From positions 2,356,001 through 2,420,000 of the forward strand of contig JBLDXI010000029.1 in assembly GCA_047495785.1 (NCBI GenBank): a DNA stretch of 64,000 bases. The letters are read 5' to 3'. The first letter of the stretch is position 1; the number at the start of each line of letters is the position of its first letter. Positions 50,362 to 61,888 of this stretch are shown here, one piece after another. The DNA is from Lepidodermella squamata. Taxonomy: Eukaryota; Animalia; Gastrotricha. The position numbers and the translations under genes are program-made. Under the pieces are notes generated by a model that saw only the letters and a program-made list of their open reading frames with translations, ran no database searches and had not been told where the DNA came from.

Positions 50362-51219
50362 ATCTTTCCGCGATTCGCGATTCTAATACGAAAAAGAAAT
50401 GCTGATATCTGGGGTCTTCGAGCGGCAAGTTGAAAGGGCGAGCACTGGTAACTGGTAACTGGTATGAAATAAAAAACCAAGAAATCCAGGATCCCGAAAC
50501 GAACATTCAAGTTCAAAACCTTCAGGGAAAAGCCGGGTTGGGTGTGCGCGGGTTTACCCGATTATTTAGTTTTCACGCATATTCACAATGTAATATTTTT
50601 GCACGAAAAACTTCATTTCTGACATGAAAGTAAAACTTAATTATTTTGAAGCGCAGCTAATTTGTTGCATGCTTTTCAAGCCGCACAAAAAGTTCACGGT
50701 CTCCTTTTTTTACCCGTGATACGCATATGATCGCTCCAATTACCATTAACTTGATTGCTCAATTGACTTTCCTAGAAGCACACTTGATTTGCATGCACCT
50801 TGAAAATTTCCATACAATTACCGCATAACAACCGTAGAAAGGGATCATTTGGATTTGTAACATTGCCGGACTGTTTTGCGCAGCGTCATTACGACTTACT
50901 CTTTAATAGTTAAACCGTTCCAGATTCAAGTTCAGAGTGTATGAAGGTGCATTTAGCATGTTGGCGCGGACGTCCCTCAGCTTGAAATAGCAAACAGGCA
51001 ACTGGTTCGCTTTGCCGAAGATAAGAGTTCAACAATTAGCCGTAATTTAAAGCACAGTTGTTAAATTTAGGGGTGCATTGCTTCCTTTTTTAATATTTAA
51101 TGATACTGCCATAATGCTCAGTTGCCAACATTTAAAAAGGATGGAAAATGGCGATCAACTCAACACCTCTCCGATTTTCTTTTATTCACGTCGTTTGCTC
51201 CGACATTCATGATAACACG

Positions 51220-54200
51220 TTAGGATTCAAAAGGCGTACTTGTCTGCAGATGGGACACTGGTTTGTTCAATGTTATTGTAAAATCTCCGTCAGAAACAGT
51301 GAGAGAAAGGTTTTGAGCAACCAGAACCTAAACAATTAAATGTTAGCAATTCGAATTCTCATTTATGCGGCTTTCTTCAAGTTACCTGTCTCCTCCAATC
51401 AAAGTAAGCGTTATGGTGCTTGGTGAGTGTCAGTTTATGATTACCAGCGACTGTTTGCTTAATAGTTAGTTTTACAACGCTGTTATCCATTGAAGGGGTG
51501 GTTGAAGCCCTAAATGGAGTTGTGGTCGTTGAAGACGTCGTAGATTCAGTAGTTGTCGTGGTCGTTGTCGTAGCCTCGGTGGTCGTCGGCCCAGCACCAA
51601 AGGCGAAATCATGAAGGCCTAAATCTTGGTCAAGAATAATGCTGTGACGAGGATTCACTGCTGAGACCGGCGGAGTCTTCGGGAAGAAAACGGATACGTT
51701 AATTCCATAGAATAAAATGTTGTCGATAATGATTTCGAATTCCCACGGGGAGCCGCCCACTGTTGATGCGTCACTTTCTGCAGGGCGTCGAACTGGATTG
51801 AAGTTCATTTTCGCATCTAAAGTGTACTCTTTGCTGAGTTCCATTTTCGCAGAAACAGTAGCAAAATCTAAAACGCAATTCGCAAGTTAATAAAAGCTTG
51901 TTCAGTGGCTATCATGATTACCATTAACACCCCCTTCCCAATAGAGCGAGCCTTGAGCCAGCCCGGTGAATTTTGTTCCTTCTTCGTAAATTCGATTCAA
52001 ACAGCCACATGACACTAGAAGAGAGATGTGCATTGGCTTTGAAACGGTAACGTTGGCATTGGAAGGCCATTCAGGTGGTGCATTCAAGGTTTCAGGTTCA
52101 GTTTCGGAAATCGGATTGAATGGGTCGATAATAGATAATATTTCCGACATGACCGGTACAATAGAGCCGCCTTTCAGGTAGACGTAATTCTCTGGTCCTT
52201 CAACATCGATGTGTCCGGGGCGATGTTTCTTCGTGCGCCTTCTCATAATCTAAAAATACAAGCAATAAATAGATATCGAAGAGCGAAGTAAGAACTAGTA
52301 ATACCTTGGCATCAATTTTATGATCACGGGGAAGTAGAGGTTCGCCGTTTCTGGAGCAGTAATTGAATTCTTGGCTCGTTCTGAGGTGGAACCAGCGATA
52401 ACTGGGCACCAACTGAACCGGTTGGTAATCACCAGCTGATTGAGTGAGAACCGGAGAAACCAACATGCCGTCACCTAGCATGAATGTATGATATTCATCA
52501 GCTAGGTGTCTATCAGCAGGGAACAAATGAAACAGCGGTTTCCAGACAGGATAACCTTTGTTGAAAGCATCGTAAAACGTAGCGAACATGTATGGGAAAA
52601 TGTGAGCGCGGAAAGTTAGCGAGCGATGCAAGGTACTCAAAAATGTTGGCTCGTTGAGCAATGCCATGAAACGATGTCGGTTGTGTGGGTTGTAGTCCAA
52701 GCGAACGGTGGGATAGAACGCAGCCAACGTTGCCCAATGAGTACACATTGCAATACTTCCTGGTCCTTCCTCGCCGCAAATCGTGTCACCAGTCAAAGGT
52801 ACACCGAACCAGTTCATCTCAAGAATCGACATGACGCTTGATTGGAGCGATTGCCAACTTGCAAATGTTCGGCCGACCCAGTGACCAGTCACACGGCCGG
52901 ATCCTGGGAAGGTCGAAGAAGCCATTATTGGCAGTTTATAGCGGCGGCTCGAGATTCCTGCCTGCTGGTCACTTTCGTTTACAACTTTCAGCCAAGCACT
53001 AAAATGATAACGTTTGAGACCCCATGTTATTATCCACTATCCACAATGTCCTTACTCTGATACAGCGTTGGCGAAAAAATAGCCGTATGCATTGTGAACG
53101 TCCAAATGGCGAACTGAGCAGTTGCGATGAAGAGCCGACATGCAAACGGTTCCTTTGCTTAGCGTAGCTGTCGTGTAGTTGTAGTAGGGCTGTTCGTTCT
53201 CGTTCTTGCGCATTGTGCGCAAGAATCCAGCCTCTGAATGAGGAAATGCGTCATGAAAATATCAGTCATTTTACAAATTTACTTGTTAGATATTTTCTTG
53301 GAAGCTCGTAACAGTCTGATACTGTCACATTGTCCTCAGAAAAATCGATGTATGGCTGATTGTCGTGCAATTCAAGAGCATCGAACGGGATCAAGTCACG
53401 TTTTTTCTGAATCTCATTCATGAGCAATTTTCCTATGTCTCCGTCCATCGGATCCCAAACATGATAATTTTGCGTAGATTCCTATTCGGAAATACGTAGG
53501 AAAATGATGGACAAAAAGCAAATATTTTTCTCACTTGTTTGTGCTTGGTAATGGTGACAAGCTCGTCTTGGCAAGATTTTGCTCTCACAGCTCTGCCCAC
53601 AAAGGCTTTAACACTCGATTTAGAAGTTTCCCTGGCCAGAGCTGACATGGTGACTGAGATCTTCTTTGAACCTGCGATTTCCGCCAGCTCAGGTTTAAGC
53701 AGAGATTCTGAGTTGCTTCTCAGGCAGAAAACGCTCCAAGGCAGGCCTTTAGCGTCGAAGTGGCGCCTCATCTCAGCAAGATCTGACATGTTTTTGGCTC
53801 CTTGAAAGCAAACATGCATTCCGAGGAACCACCTAGGTGGAAGCAATGGTCGCCCCACTACCTGAGTGTATTGAGCGATAACGTTATCCGGCGTGGGACC
53901 AGTGAACACAAAGATGTCAGGTATGCCTCCGATGGCACGCCATACCAAGGCTGGATAAGGAGTGACAGAAATTTCTGCTGGAGCTGAGTTGTAGAACAAA
54001 ATGCCGTGAGCATTGCCATGTGAATCAATGATTAGCACGAATGGATGAGCACCATAGAGATTCGAGTCCAGCTGAAAATTTCAAGATTAGATAAATCATA
54101 TAGAATTACGACCGTACCATCCAATCTGGAGGCTGATTTCGGGCGAACATTGCCCATGTCCCGGCGATGATGCCGCGACGAAACTTTGTATGGCGATGCT

Positions 54201-55118
54201 CGCCGATGCCATAAACTCGTGCATTTTTCGGTAGAGCTGTTGTAACTTGCATGAAGGTTGGACTGATGATCAAACCTCCAAGCTCTGAGCTCCATCTATT
54301 AAAAAATGCAATCTCTAGACCCCTAAAATAATTGCCAAAGCTTACAAAGGTGCAGAGCCATGGACTATTCCGTTTTTCGATCGCATAACTCTAACAGAGA
54401 AAGGCCAATCTTTAACCTCTTCGATCTTGTAAGTCAGCAGAGGTATAGGATTTCCTTCTTCGCTGTAGGTTACAGGAACACCTGGATGAATCCTCGCTCT
54501 CACGAAACCTTCGTCAGACAGTTCGTAGCCTGGGGTGAAAGCTGGAATAGGTTTCGTTGGCTGATAGAAAAGCCGTGATTTTTCCGTAATTCGAACTCGG
54601 AATATGTAACTGGACATGTCGTAAAATGACATTGTTACTTCGTAAGATGAATTCGTGAAAAATACGCTGGATCCAAGCCGTCGTAAAGTGAATTCCTTTT
54701 TACCCTGTTCGTCTCGCCTGAAGTCAACGCGTCGATAGACAAATTTACCGGGTGACATGTAGCAAGGTGGTGCGTAGGGATTGTTCATTTTCCAGTACTC
54801 GCAACCTCGTTGTTTACACATGTGGTCCGATATGAACCAAGGGTCTGTCAGAGAGCCGTCCTGTTCCGGGTAGCAATTGATTCTTCGCATCTCGCCATCG
54901 GTGAGCGGCGGGAATTTAGGCGCCTGGGGCGTCGCCGGGGTGACTGGTTTTTGCGCGACGTTCTTCGCAATGTTGACTATCACGATGACAACGATGAGAA
55001 CCACGCCGGTTATGCTGCCGATGATGGCCATGACGACACGCCTCTTCTTCTTCTTTTCCGCCTTGATGCGCTGCAGTCGAGCAGCCTCCTTCAAGGCGGA
55101 AGCACCGGCGCGGCGCAT
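51220..55118 (-). CDS. GH31 alpha-glucosidase-like type II membrane protein, copy B (catalytic residues substituted; Thr-rich insert)
   Basis: KKKKRR + TM VVMAIIGSITGVVLIVVIVIV; trefoil RINCYPE...CKQRGC; HGILFYNS; YTQVVGRPLLPPRW; SSTFPGSGRVTGHWVG; FMLGDGMLVSPV; last exon 51327-51220 with AATAAA downstream; start codon uncertain. Confidence 0.88.
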
Positions 55119-56304
55119 GTTAGTATTAAGCTGATTTATGCGATGCACTTTTATTTATTTCGATTAAAACAAATTTTAAAAATTGAAAGCAGATGATTGA
55201 TGATTGATGATTAAAAGTCGGAGGTTTTAATCGCGTAGCAAGCTCTGTTATTTTTCTTGAAGCACAGCTAGAAAGCAAAAAAGGGAAAAAAAGAAAAATT
55301 GAACACGAACATAAAATATTGATGCAAAACGTAAAATTTCTCGTGCAATAAATGAAAACTGAAAACTAATCTAATAGTATGAGAAACAGACCAGCTAAGG
55401 GACTTTCAAGTGACCGGCCGTGTTGACAAGTGTATTGATTTTATTGAATAGAGGTGGGCTATTAGATAAATGGTGCAAGTAATTGAATTTATTATCACGT
55501 ATAAAAGCTGCGAAGTCGATTTTGCTCTATGCCCTGAAAATAATATAACGGTAAGCACTGATGCTCAGCGTAATACCCTATGCGTTAAAAAATCAGCGGC
55601 TGTTCAGGCACGATGAGCAAAATTCGGCCATGATAATAAATTACACCACACACACGTTGAATCGAAAAGTGCACTTTCCCAGCTTCTTTTTTTTACGGCT
55701 CATGTTGTCTGCAACCAGCGATTCCATGTTGGGATAACGGCCGTGTGTGAGCGCTTGTAGTCAGGCGATCGGCTTTATATGTGTTTATACTGAAAAAGCG
55801 ATCGCCTAGCCTGCGTATGTAGTCTAAATAATATGCTTCTTTTCACATATCTACGCTGCGTGTGCGAACTGCGGCTACCGTGCAGTACTTGTCGGCATTT
55901 TTACAAGGCATTCCAAGGCTCGTCCAGGGCCGAGATGAGCTCTACGTGTATAACCGATGATGGTCTTCCCAATAACCCACCGGTTATTTCTTTAGGCGCT
56001 CTTATTATCGCCAGATAACATCGCGGGATGGTTGTAGCGGGTGGAATCACACCCTCCGCCGCAGCTGCTGGCAGTGGAAAAACAACAACAACAACATAAA
56101 CCAGAGACATCTCATCGCTTATTTGCGTATTTTATTTTTGGTCTCTCATCCACTCGTGTCTGATTAACACAAAGCACGAGCGAATAATCATCACACTTGT
56201 TATAACAAAAAATGAGCGTCGAAACAATTAAATTATATTTTTTTCACCCAGGTATGGAAATATTTTAAGGCTAAATGCTTTTTTCACGTGAGATTTTATT
56301 GATT

Positions 56305-59300
56305 TCAAAGAACTTGACTGGCCGAACTCTGACTTGTGAACACAATGCCACCTGTCAAGCTGATTGCAGATGATAGGATGAATACAGGTAACCATCGACC
56401 GGATGAAGACGCCACTAGGGAGGCCGTCAACGGGCCACTGAGCACCCCAGGTATTGTTGCCAGGGTGTTTGAAATTGCGAAAGTTATTGCGGCGTGATTA
56501 GGAGCGACTTCAACGTGGTTACTCAAATGGCCAGCCGAATTGCACGCAGAAAATGACATCATGAGCGAAACAAGTCTTGGAATATGAATAAAATGAATAA
56601 ATAATTGACATTTTTAATAAACATCAACTTACAATATCGCGGTGGGAATGGATCTAACGAAGCCGAAAATCGCTAACAATAATCCGGGAACAACGAGACC
56701 GACAAAAGTCATCAAACGTCGAACGGCGAGCCTAAAATATAAGCGAATTAAAAATTAAAAATATTTGAACAGCTAAAAGGTTGAGGTTCAAAGTTCAAAA
56801 CTGAATTTTTTGTTTTCTGATCAATTACATCCGTTTACATCCGGCTCGTCGAAACCTCAAAAAGTCGGTAAGAGAGGGCGAAATGCTGTCAACTTTTCAT
56901 CGCTGTCTTACGGCCCTCCGATTCTGCTGCTACGCTTATGCATAGTCTAAGCCAAAAGAGGCGATTAGCCTTGAATCTCGTTGCCAACGCTAAGCGGCGA
57001 AAAATTCAGTGATTACCATTGAAACTGTCAAATGATTTTAGTCAAATTGTTCATGTCTTATGCGTCGCGGTGCGGAGGTTGGGTCGGGTGGGTGGGTCAC
57101 TTTTTTTACCCCTTCAACTCTGTTTATAAGTCACATCTCCCATTTCAGCTGGCAACCATGGGACCAACCGGAGTGGCAGCCGAAGTAGCAGCGGCAGCCG
57201 AGGTAGCAACGGCAAACGGCCGGACAACCGGGGCGGCAACCGGAATGGCATGTCGGACTTGCATAGTGGTGTCTCCCAATGGCCCACGGCAACAACACAC
57301 GGCCTGCCGAATTTTTTTATGAATGGTTGTTTTTACTTATATTTGTCCATTTCTCTCTATTTCACACCCTCCTCTATCACAGCATATCCTGAAACCCAAC
57401 CGGCAGTAAACATTCAAAACATTTTTATCTATTACTAAATATTCGACGTCGTCGTTATTTATTGGAGAAATAAATATTCAGTGTAATTATTCAATATAAC
57501 ATTCGTTGCCTTATCATTCCTTTATTTAATAATAATAATAATAATAATAATAATTTTATTTCGAAATTACTTTCAGGATTAAAAGGGCAGGCCACTAACA
57601 CCAACCAATTACAATAATAATTTACATTTTATATAGGATTTAAGATTATGAATGAAATAAGATCATTCATTCACGCGATTTCATTCTAAACGTAACTTGA
57701 TTTTTTGTGTTTTTGCACACACTTGATAACCCTCTCTGAAATTTACTATACTGGCACTTTGCCAACATGCCAATTGACGATGCCGAATGGTCTAGGCTCG
57801 AACGACTGATGATGGGTACGAACGGAAGTACGAATCAAGGAGCATTTCACCACGGAAATTATCAAGCTCAAGTCTGAAGTCGAGCAACTCCGAACGACAG
57901 TGACCGATCAGACCAAGGTTATTAATGACAATGCAGCTGCTGCGAACGCTTGCCATGCGGCTACAACGAATTGGGCGTCTTATTGCGTAGTTCTCTGCCA
58001 TACTGGTGTTTCGCTCACCTCAAGACAAGCAGCCATTCTGTGGGTGATATCTAATGGTGGTAAGCCAGCAGATGGAACGCAGATCAGTTCTTGGGCTGCC
58101 ACGGTTTGGCCAACGCTGCCCATCTGCTTGGTGGTCAGGAAGCCCGAACTCAACAATAATGGTTTCTGGTTTCCGACCAGCCGAGTGGTGAGGCTTGGTA
58201 CAACGAGGTGGTTGCGCATCTGGCCAACGGTCTGACTGCTGCTGAGGTTGAGTGGTTTAGAAAGTCATTCTCGCAGACCCTGTTCCCTAATGCCCGCGCC
58301 CCAACTGCTCTGTCAGTCCTGGTCGCCTCCCGCCTTCTGATGGCTTATAAGGCTAGTGTTGTCAGTTTTGCCTCAGTCGCTCATTAATAAAGCTGTATTA
58401 AAGGTTGCTTACTCTCGTCTTATCGTATAGCGGGACCTCAAATCACATTTAATAGATATCGACGTCGAAGTACTGAGCCAACGAAAAAGAGAATGGAAGG
58501 CTTCACGATCTCTGGGACATGGCCCGATTGAAAATTTTGACTTTGACCCTCAAATTTCGGGTATGCACTGTCAAAGAAATATCAAAAACAAAACTTACGG
58601 CGACCATTTCCGATAAGTTATTAGAAAATCACTGTAGTGACCGGCAACTGTTAGAAAAAATTGAATAATTTTAAATAATTTTTCTTGTCGATCGGGAAAC
58701 TTACCGACGCCAAATATTGAGTTTCCAATAAAGGGTAACGCCGTTAGCATCAAGGTGGAATTATCAGCTTTCAGCACGACAGTCATATAAGTAGGCAGCC
58801 AGTTCATCATGACGTAATTGGACCAATTCATCGAAGCATGGGCGATGTAGATAGCCCATAGTGGCCAGTGGGCAAAGTAGACCAGCCAGCGAGATCCGCG
58901 TTTTTGAAGAATTTCGATTTCACTCGGGACAGGCTCGGCGGATGGCGTGACGTCGGTGTAGAAAATCGACCACCACGCGACCCAGGCGAGGCCTAGGGAG
59001 CCGAAGCCGTAGAAAGACAGCCGCCACGGCAGGTGGGGGCATAGCAGCGTTGCGATGGTGTGCCCTACTGAGCCGAATGCCACCATGTAGGCAACAGCTC
59101 GAGATCGCTCCTCGGGCGCCACAGTTCCGGAAAAGATGTGAAAAATCGCAGGAAGACCAATTCCTAAAATGAAATATAGATTTTAATTTAAGCTATAACT
59201 TTGTAACAGTGAAAAATTTGGACTTGGTCAAACTTGGATACATATCATGGCATTTTTTGCTTTGTTGCATTAAGTGTCCCTTGTGCTTTCTTTCATTACA

Positions 59301-61257
59301 GAACTTGCCAAGTTACATTACAATAAAGTGTCTAATTTCATCTATCGGCGTAAACTCAAGTTGAAGCCTCGTATCCCGCGCGATCTGTCCAAGCTTGGAA
59401 GGATCAAAAGCTCGTTAGAATCAATCGAATTCACCGAATGGACGACTCACGCCCTTATCCGTTACTGTTTCATCTCAAGCAAGTGCCAGCATTGTTCCAG
59501 CCAGATGGGCCAGATTGCCAGATTGTCTCCAAGAATGACTGTAAATTGTACATTCCGAAACTTCTGCGAGATTGCGTGCAACAACAGCCCAACAAGGAAG
59601 CAGCTTCTTCTCCGTCAGAAAATTTCCCTGACACCGGAAGAAATTTAGCAAATTGCAGCTGATACGACCAAGCAGCCACCCTTCTGGAATCTGATCAGAA
59701 CGGCTAGGTTCGAGAATGGTTTTGGCGATCAGCGCCAAGAGGTAAGGTCGCCTAACGGAAGCTCTGAGAAATTGTATGTCTCCGGTTCCTGCGTATAATT
59801 TATCCGGGATCAAGGCGATAAGGTTCGGCGTTGCGCACGAAATCGATGGTCGACATGCTTTCACCGCAACGGCTTGCAAAGAAACTGTTTCTACTGGGAT
59901 ATGGCTTCATCCATCTGGTGCGTCGCCCGACTCATTGGTCGGTGATGACGAGACACTCGAGGAGAAATGTCTTTACTCAATGCGCGGCCATTCTATTCTT
60001 CGCTCATTGAAAATTCAATCTTTTGCACTATTTGTGGCGAAATTCTCGTTGACGGAAAGAAAGGCAAGAAAACCATCGATTGTCTATAGCTAAGAGGCCT
60101 GATAGCAAGCTGGATTTCCGCCGAACTCATCCTTATTAGCATCAAATTCAATGTCAGCTGTTCTCTACCGGTCGAAGCGTCGGAAACCAAGTCTTTGGTC
60201 TGATATTGACTGGATTACTGTTTGTCACTGTTTGTTGTGAAACCATTGTTGTGAGCGTTCGATCTCCGACTATAGCTCTTCATAAATTAAGGATGGGCCT
60301 ATCTTTAACAAATTGTTCGACAAACTGCGAGAGTTGGTACTGACTTATACTTCGATCAAGTGACGATTGACTTCGAGCAAGCAGGCAATTGCGATAGCAA
60401 CAACGAGGCCAAATTGTGGCATGAAGTTTTTCGAGATTTCGTTGATAAACCCCACCCTTCGCCATACGAGCTTCTGCCTTCTTACTAAAATAACAGGACC
60501 TGTGTGATAGCCGTCTTATGGCTTGTGCAGCTGGCGAGAAATACAAGCGGTCATACCCGACTGAAGTGAAACACAGCATGGCTTTGTAAAAATTCGCTCC
60601 CTTTTTGAATTAATGAGTTTTCGCTGATAAATTTTGCTGTTGGAAAATGATATTGAGCTGATGGAAAAATCATTGCTTTCAGTCAGTCCTCTCATTAGTA
60701 CACTCCGGTATAGTATACTTTTTGGTTGGTCCCAATTATGAGCTAACAAGGTCATTTTGACTCGCAAGGGTACAATTTTCGCTTAGGTACACCAATTTTT
60801 GTCCCCCGTGAAAGTGTACTATGTATAGCGAGTTCTGACTGTATATGAATACCAAGCATCTCAAGGAAAAATTAACTGCACTCTTTGTACTAATTACTAA
60901 TATTAGTATCAAATCAAATGAAGTCCTACCTTCACCGATACCAAGAAGAACTCGCGTTAAAATCAGCATAGGAAGAACAGAAGCGAAAAGTGGAGTTAGG
61001 AAAGTTGATAGGGACCATAGAAAGACGGCAAGAGCCAGCGTCCGTTTGCCGCCGAACCGTCTCGCAGCTCGCGCGCCGAAAACTTGACTACTCAAGTAGC
61101 CGATGGAGAAGGCGCTCAGCACCCAGCCCTGATGATGCAACGCCCAGCCGTATTCGGCCGTCATTTGAATAATGGCCAGCGGCATGACAACTCGATCGGC
61201 GGCATTGATAAAATTAGCCAGCGAGCAGTACCAAATCACAGATCGGCCAACAACCAT
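56305..61257 (-). CDS. SLC17A9: SLC17A9-like MFS anion/nucleotide transporter (exons 61257-60930, 59163-58705, 58647-58599, 56731-56633, 56575-56305)
   Basis: NFINAADRVVMPLAI, VLSAFSIGY, RFGGKR, TRVLLGIGEG, EERSRA, WLPTY, VAPNHAAITFAISNTLATIPG; canonical introns. Confidence 0.78.
57528..58395. mobile_element. Decayed retroelement-like sequence in an SLC17A9 intron
   Basis: (AAT)n tract preceded on the minus strand by AATAAA (LINE-like 3' tail); frameshifted plus-strand coiled-coil ORF from 57768 (MPIDDAEWSRLERLMM/EVRIKEHFTTEIIKLKSEVEQLRTTV...VVRLG) reminiscent of LINE ORF1; orientation ambiguous. Confidence 0.35.
59250..60600 (-). mobile_element. Degenerate CR1/L2-like non-LTR retrotransposon ORF2 (endonuclease end + RT N-terminal half)
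   Basis: Ordered decayed motifs: QYQLSQFVEQFVKDRPILNL (~LxQxVxxPTRxxNILDL), KLYAGTGDI (~KSPGPDGI), IPEGWLLGRI, ID/F*RAFD (~IDFSKAFD), FCNERKH (~FLSNRKQ). Confidence 0.55.
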
Positions 61258-61888
61258 TTTAGAAGCAGGAAATTCCGAAAACCTTCAACAAGTACAACTT
61301 TCCATCGCGAATTCAATATTAAATAATCAACCCTAATTATTGAAAATTAAAGGATTAAATTCTCAAGAATTGGTCGGAATGTTTTTATTATGAATAAGCG
61401 AAGTTCCACAAAATAATCGCTGCGGTCAGAACAGTTTTTCATCTTGATAGACGTTCAGTGAAAGCCTAACGAGCTAGATGGATTTGATGACTGTGAAACA
61501 ATCTGCAAAAAAGAGGTAAAAATAAACACAGACCTCAATTTCTAATGGGTGAAAATCCTTGAATGAATTCTAATTAAGTGGATTTTCAATTTTTTGGTTA
61601 ATTTTTTTCAGAGATTTGTGTTTAAGATTGAACGTAACGCAGGACTTGCTAGAATGTGACCCGAAATTCAAAGGCGAACCTTAATACTCACAAGAGCGTC
61701 CAAATTTAATCGTTTGAATTTGACAAAAATGAAATAAAAATGGGAAATTTCTCAAAATTTGCAGAAAAATGAGAAATCACATTTTGCTGATTTTCAATCG
61801 TTGAAAACATGATTTTGTCTCATTTTTAAACTCTCGTTAGAGAATTCTCAATTTTAAAATTTCTGGTAAATATTGAAAATAATGTTAA

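Noticed and set aside
57140-57330. Ser/Gly/Arg-rich GC segment after a tttcag acceptor in an SLC17A9 intron
   Set aside because: Low complexity with no upstream exon or domain; cannot be called a gene
61258-61888. Operon link between HBS1L and SLC17A9
   Set aside because: 631-nt spacer and no clear acceptor adjacent to the SLC17A9 ATG
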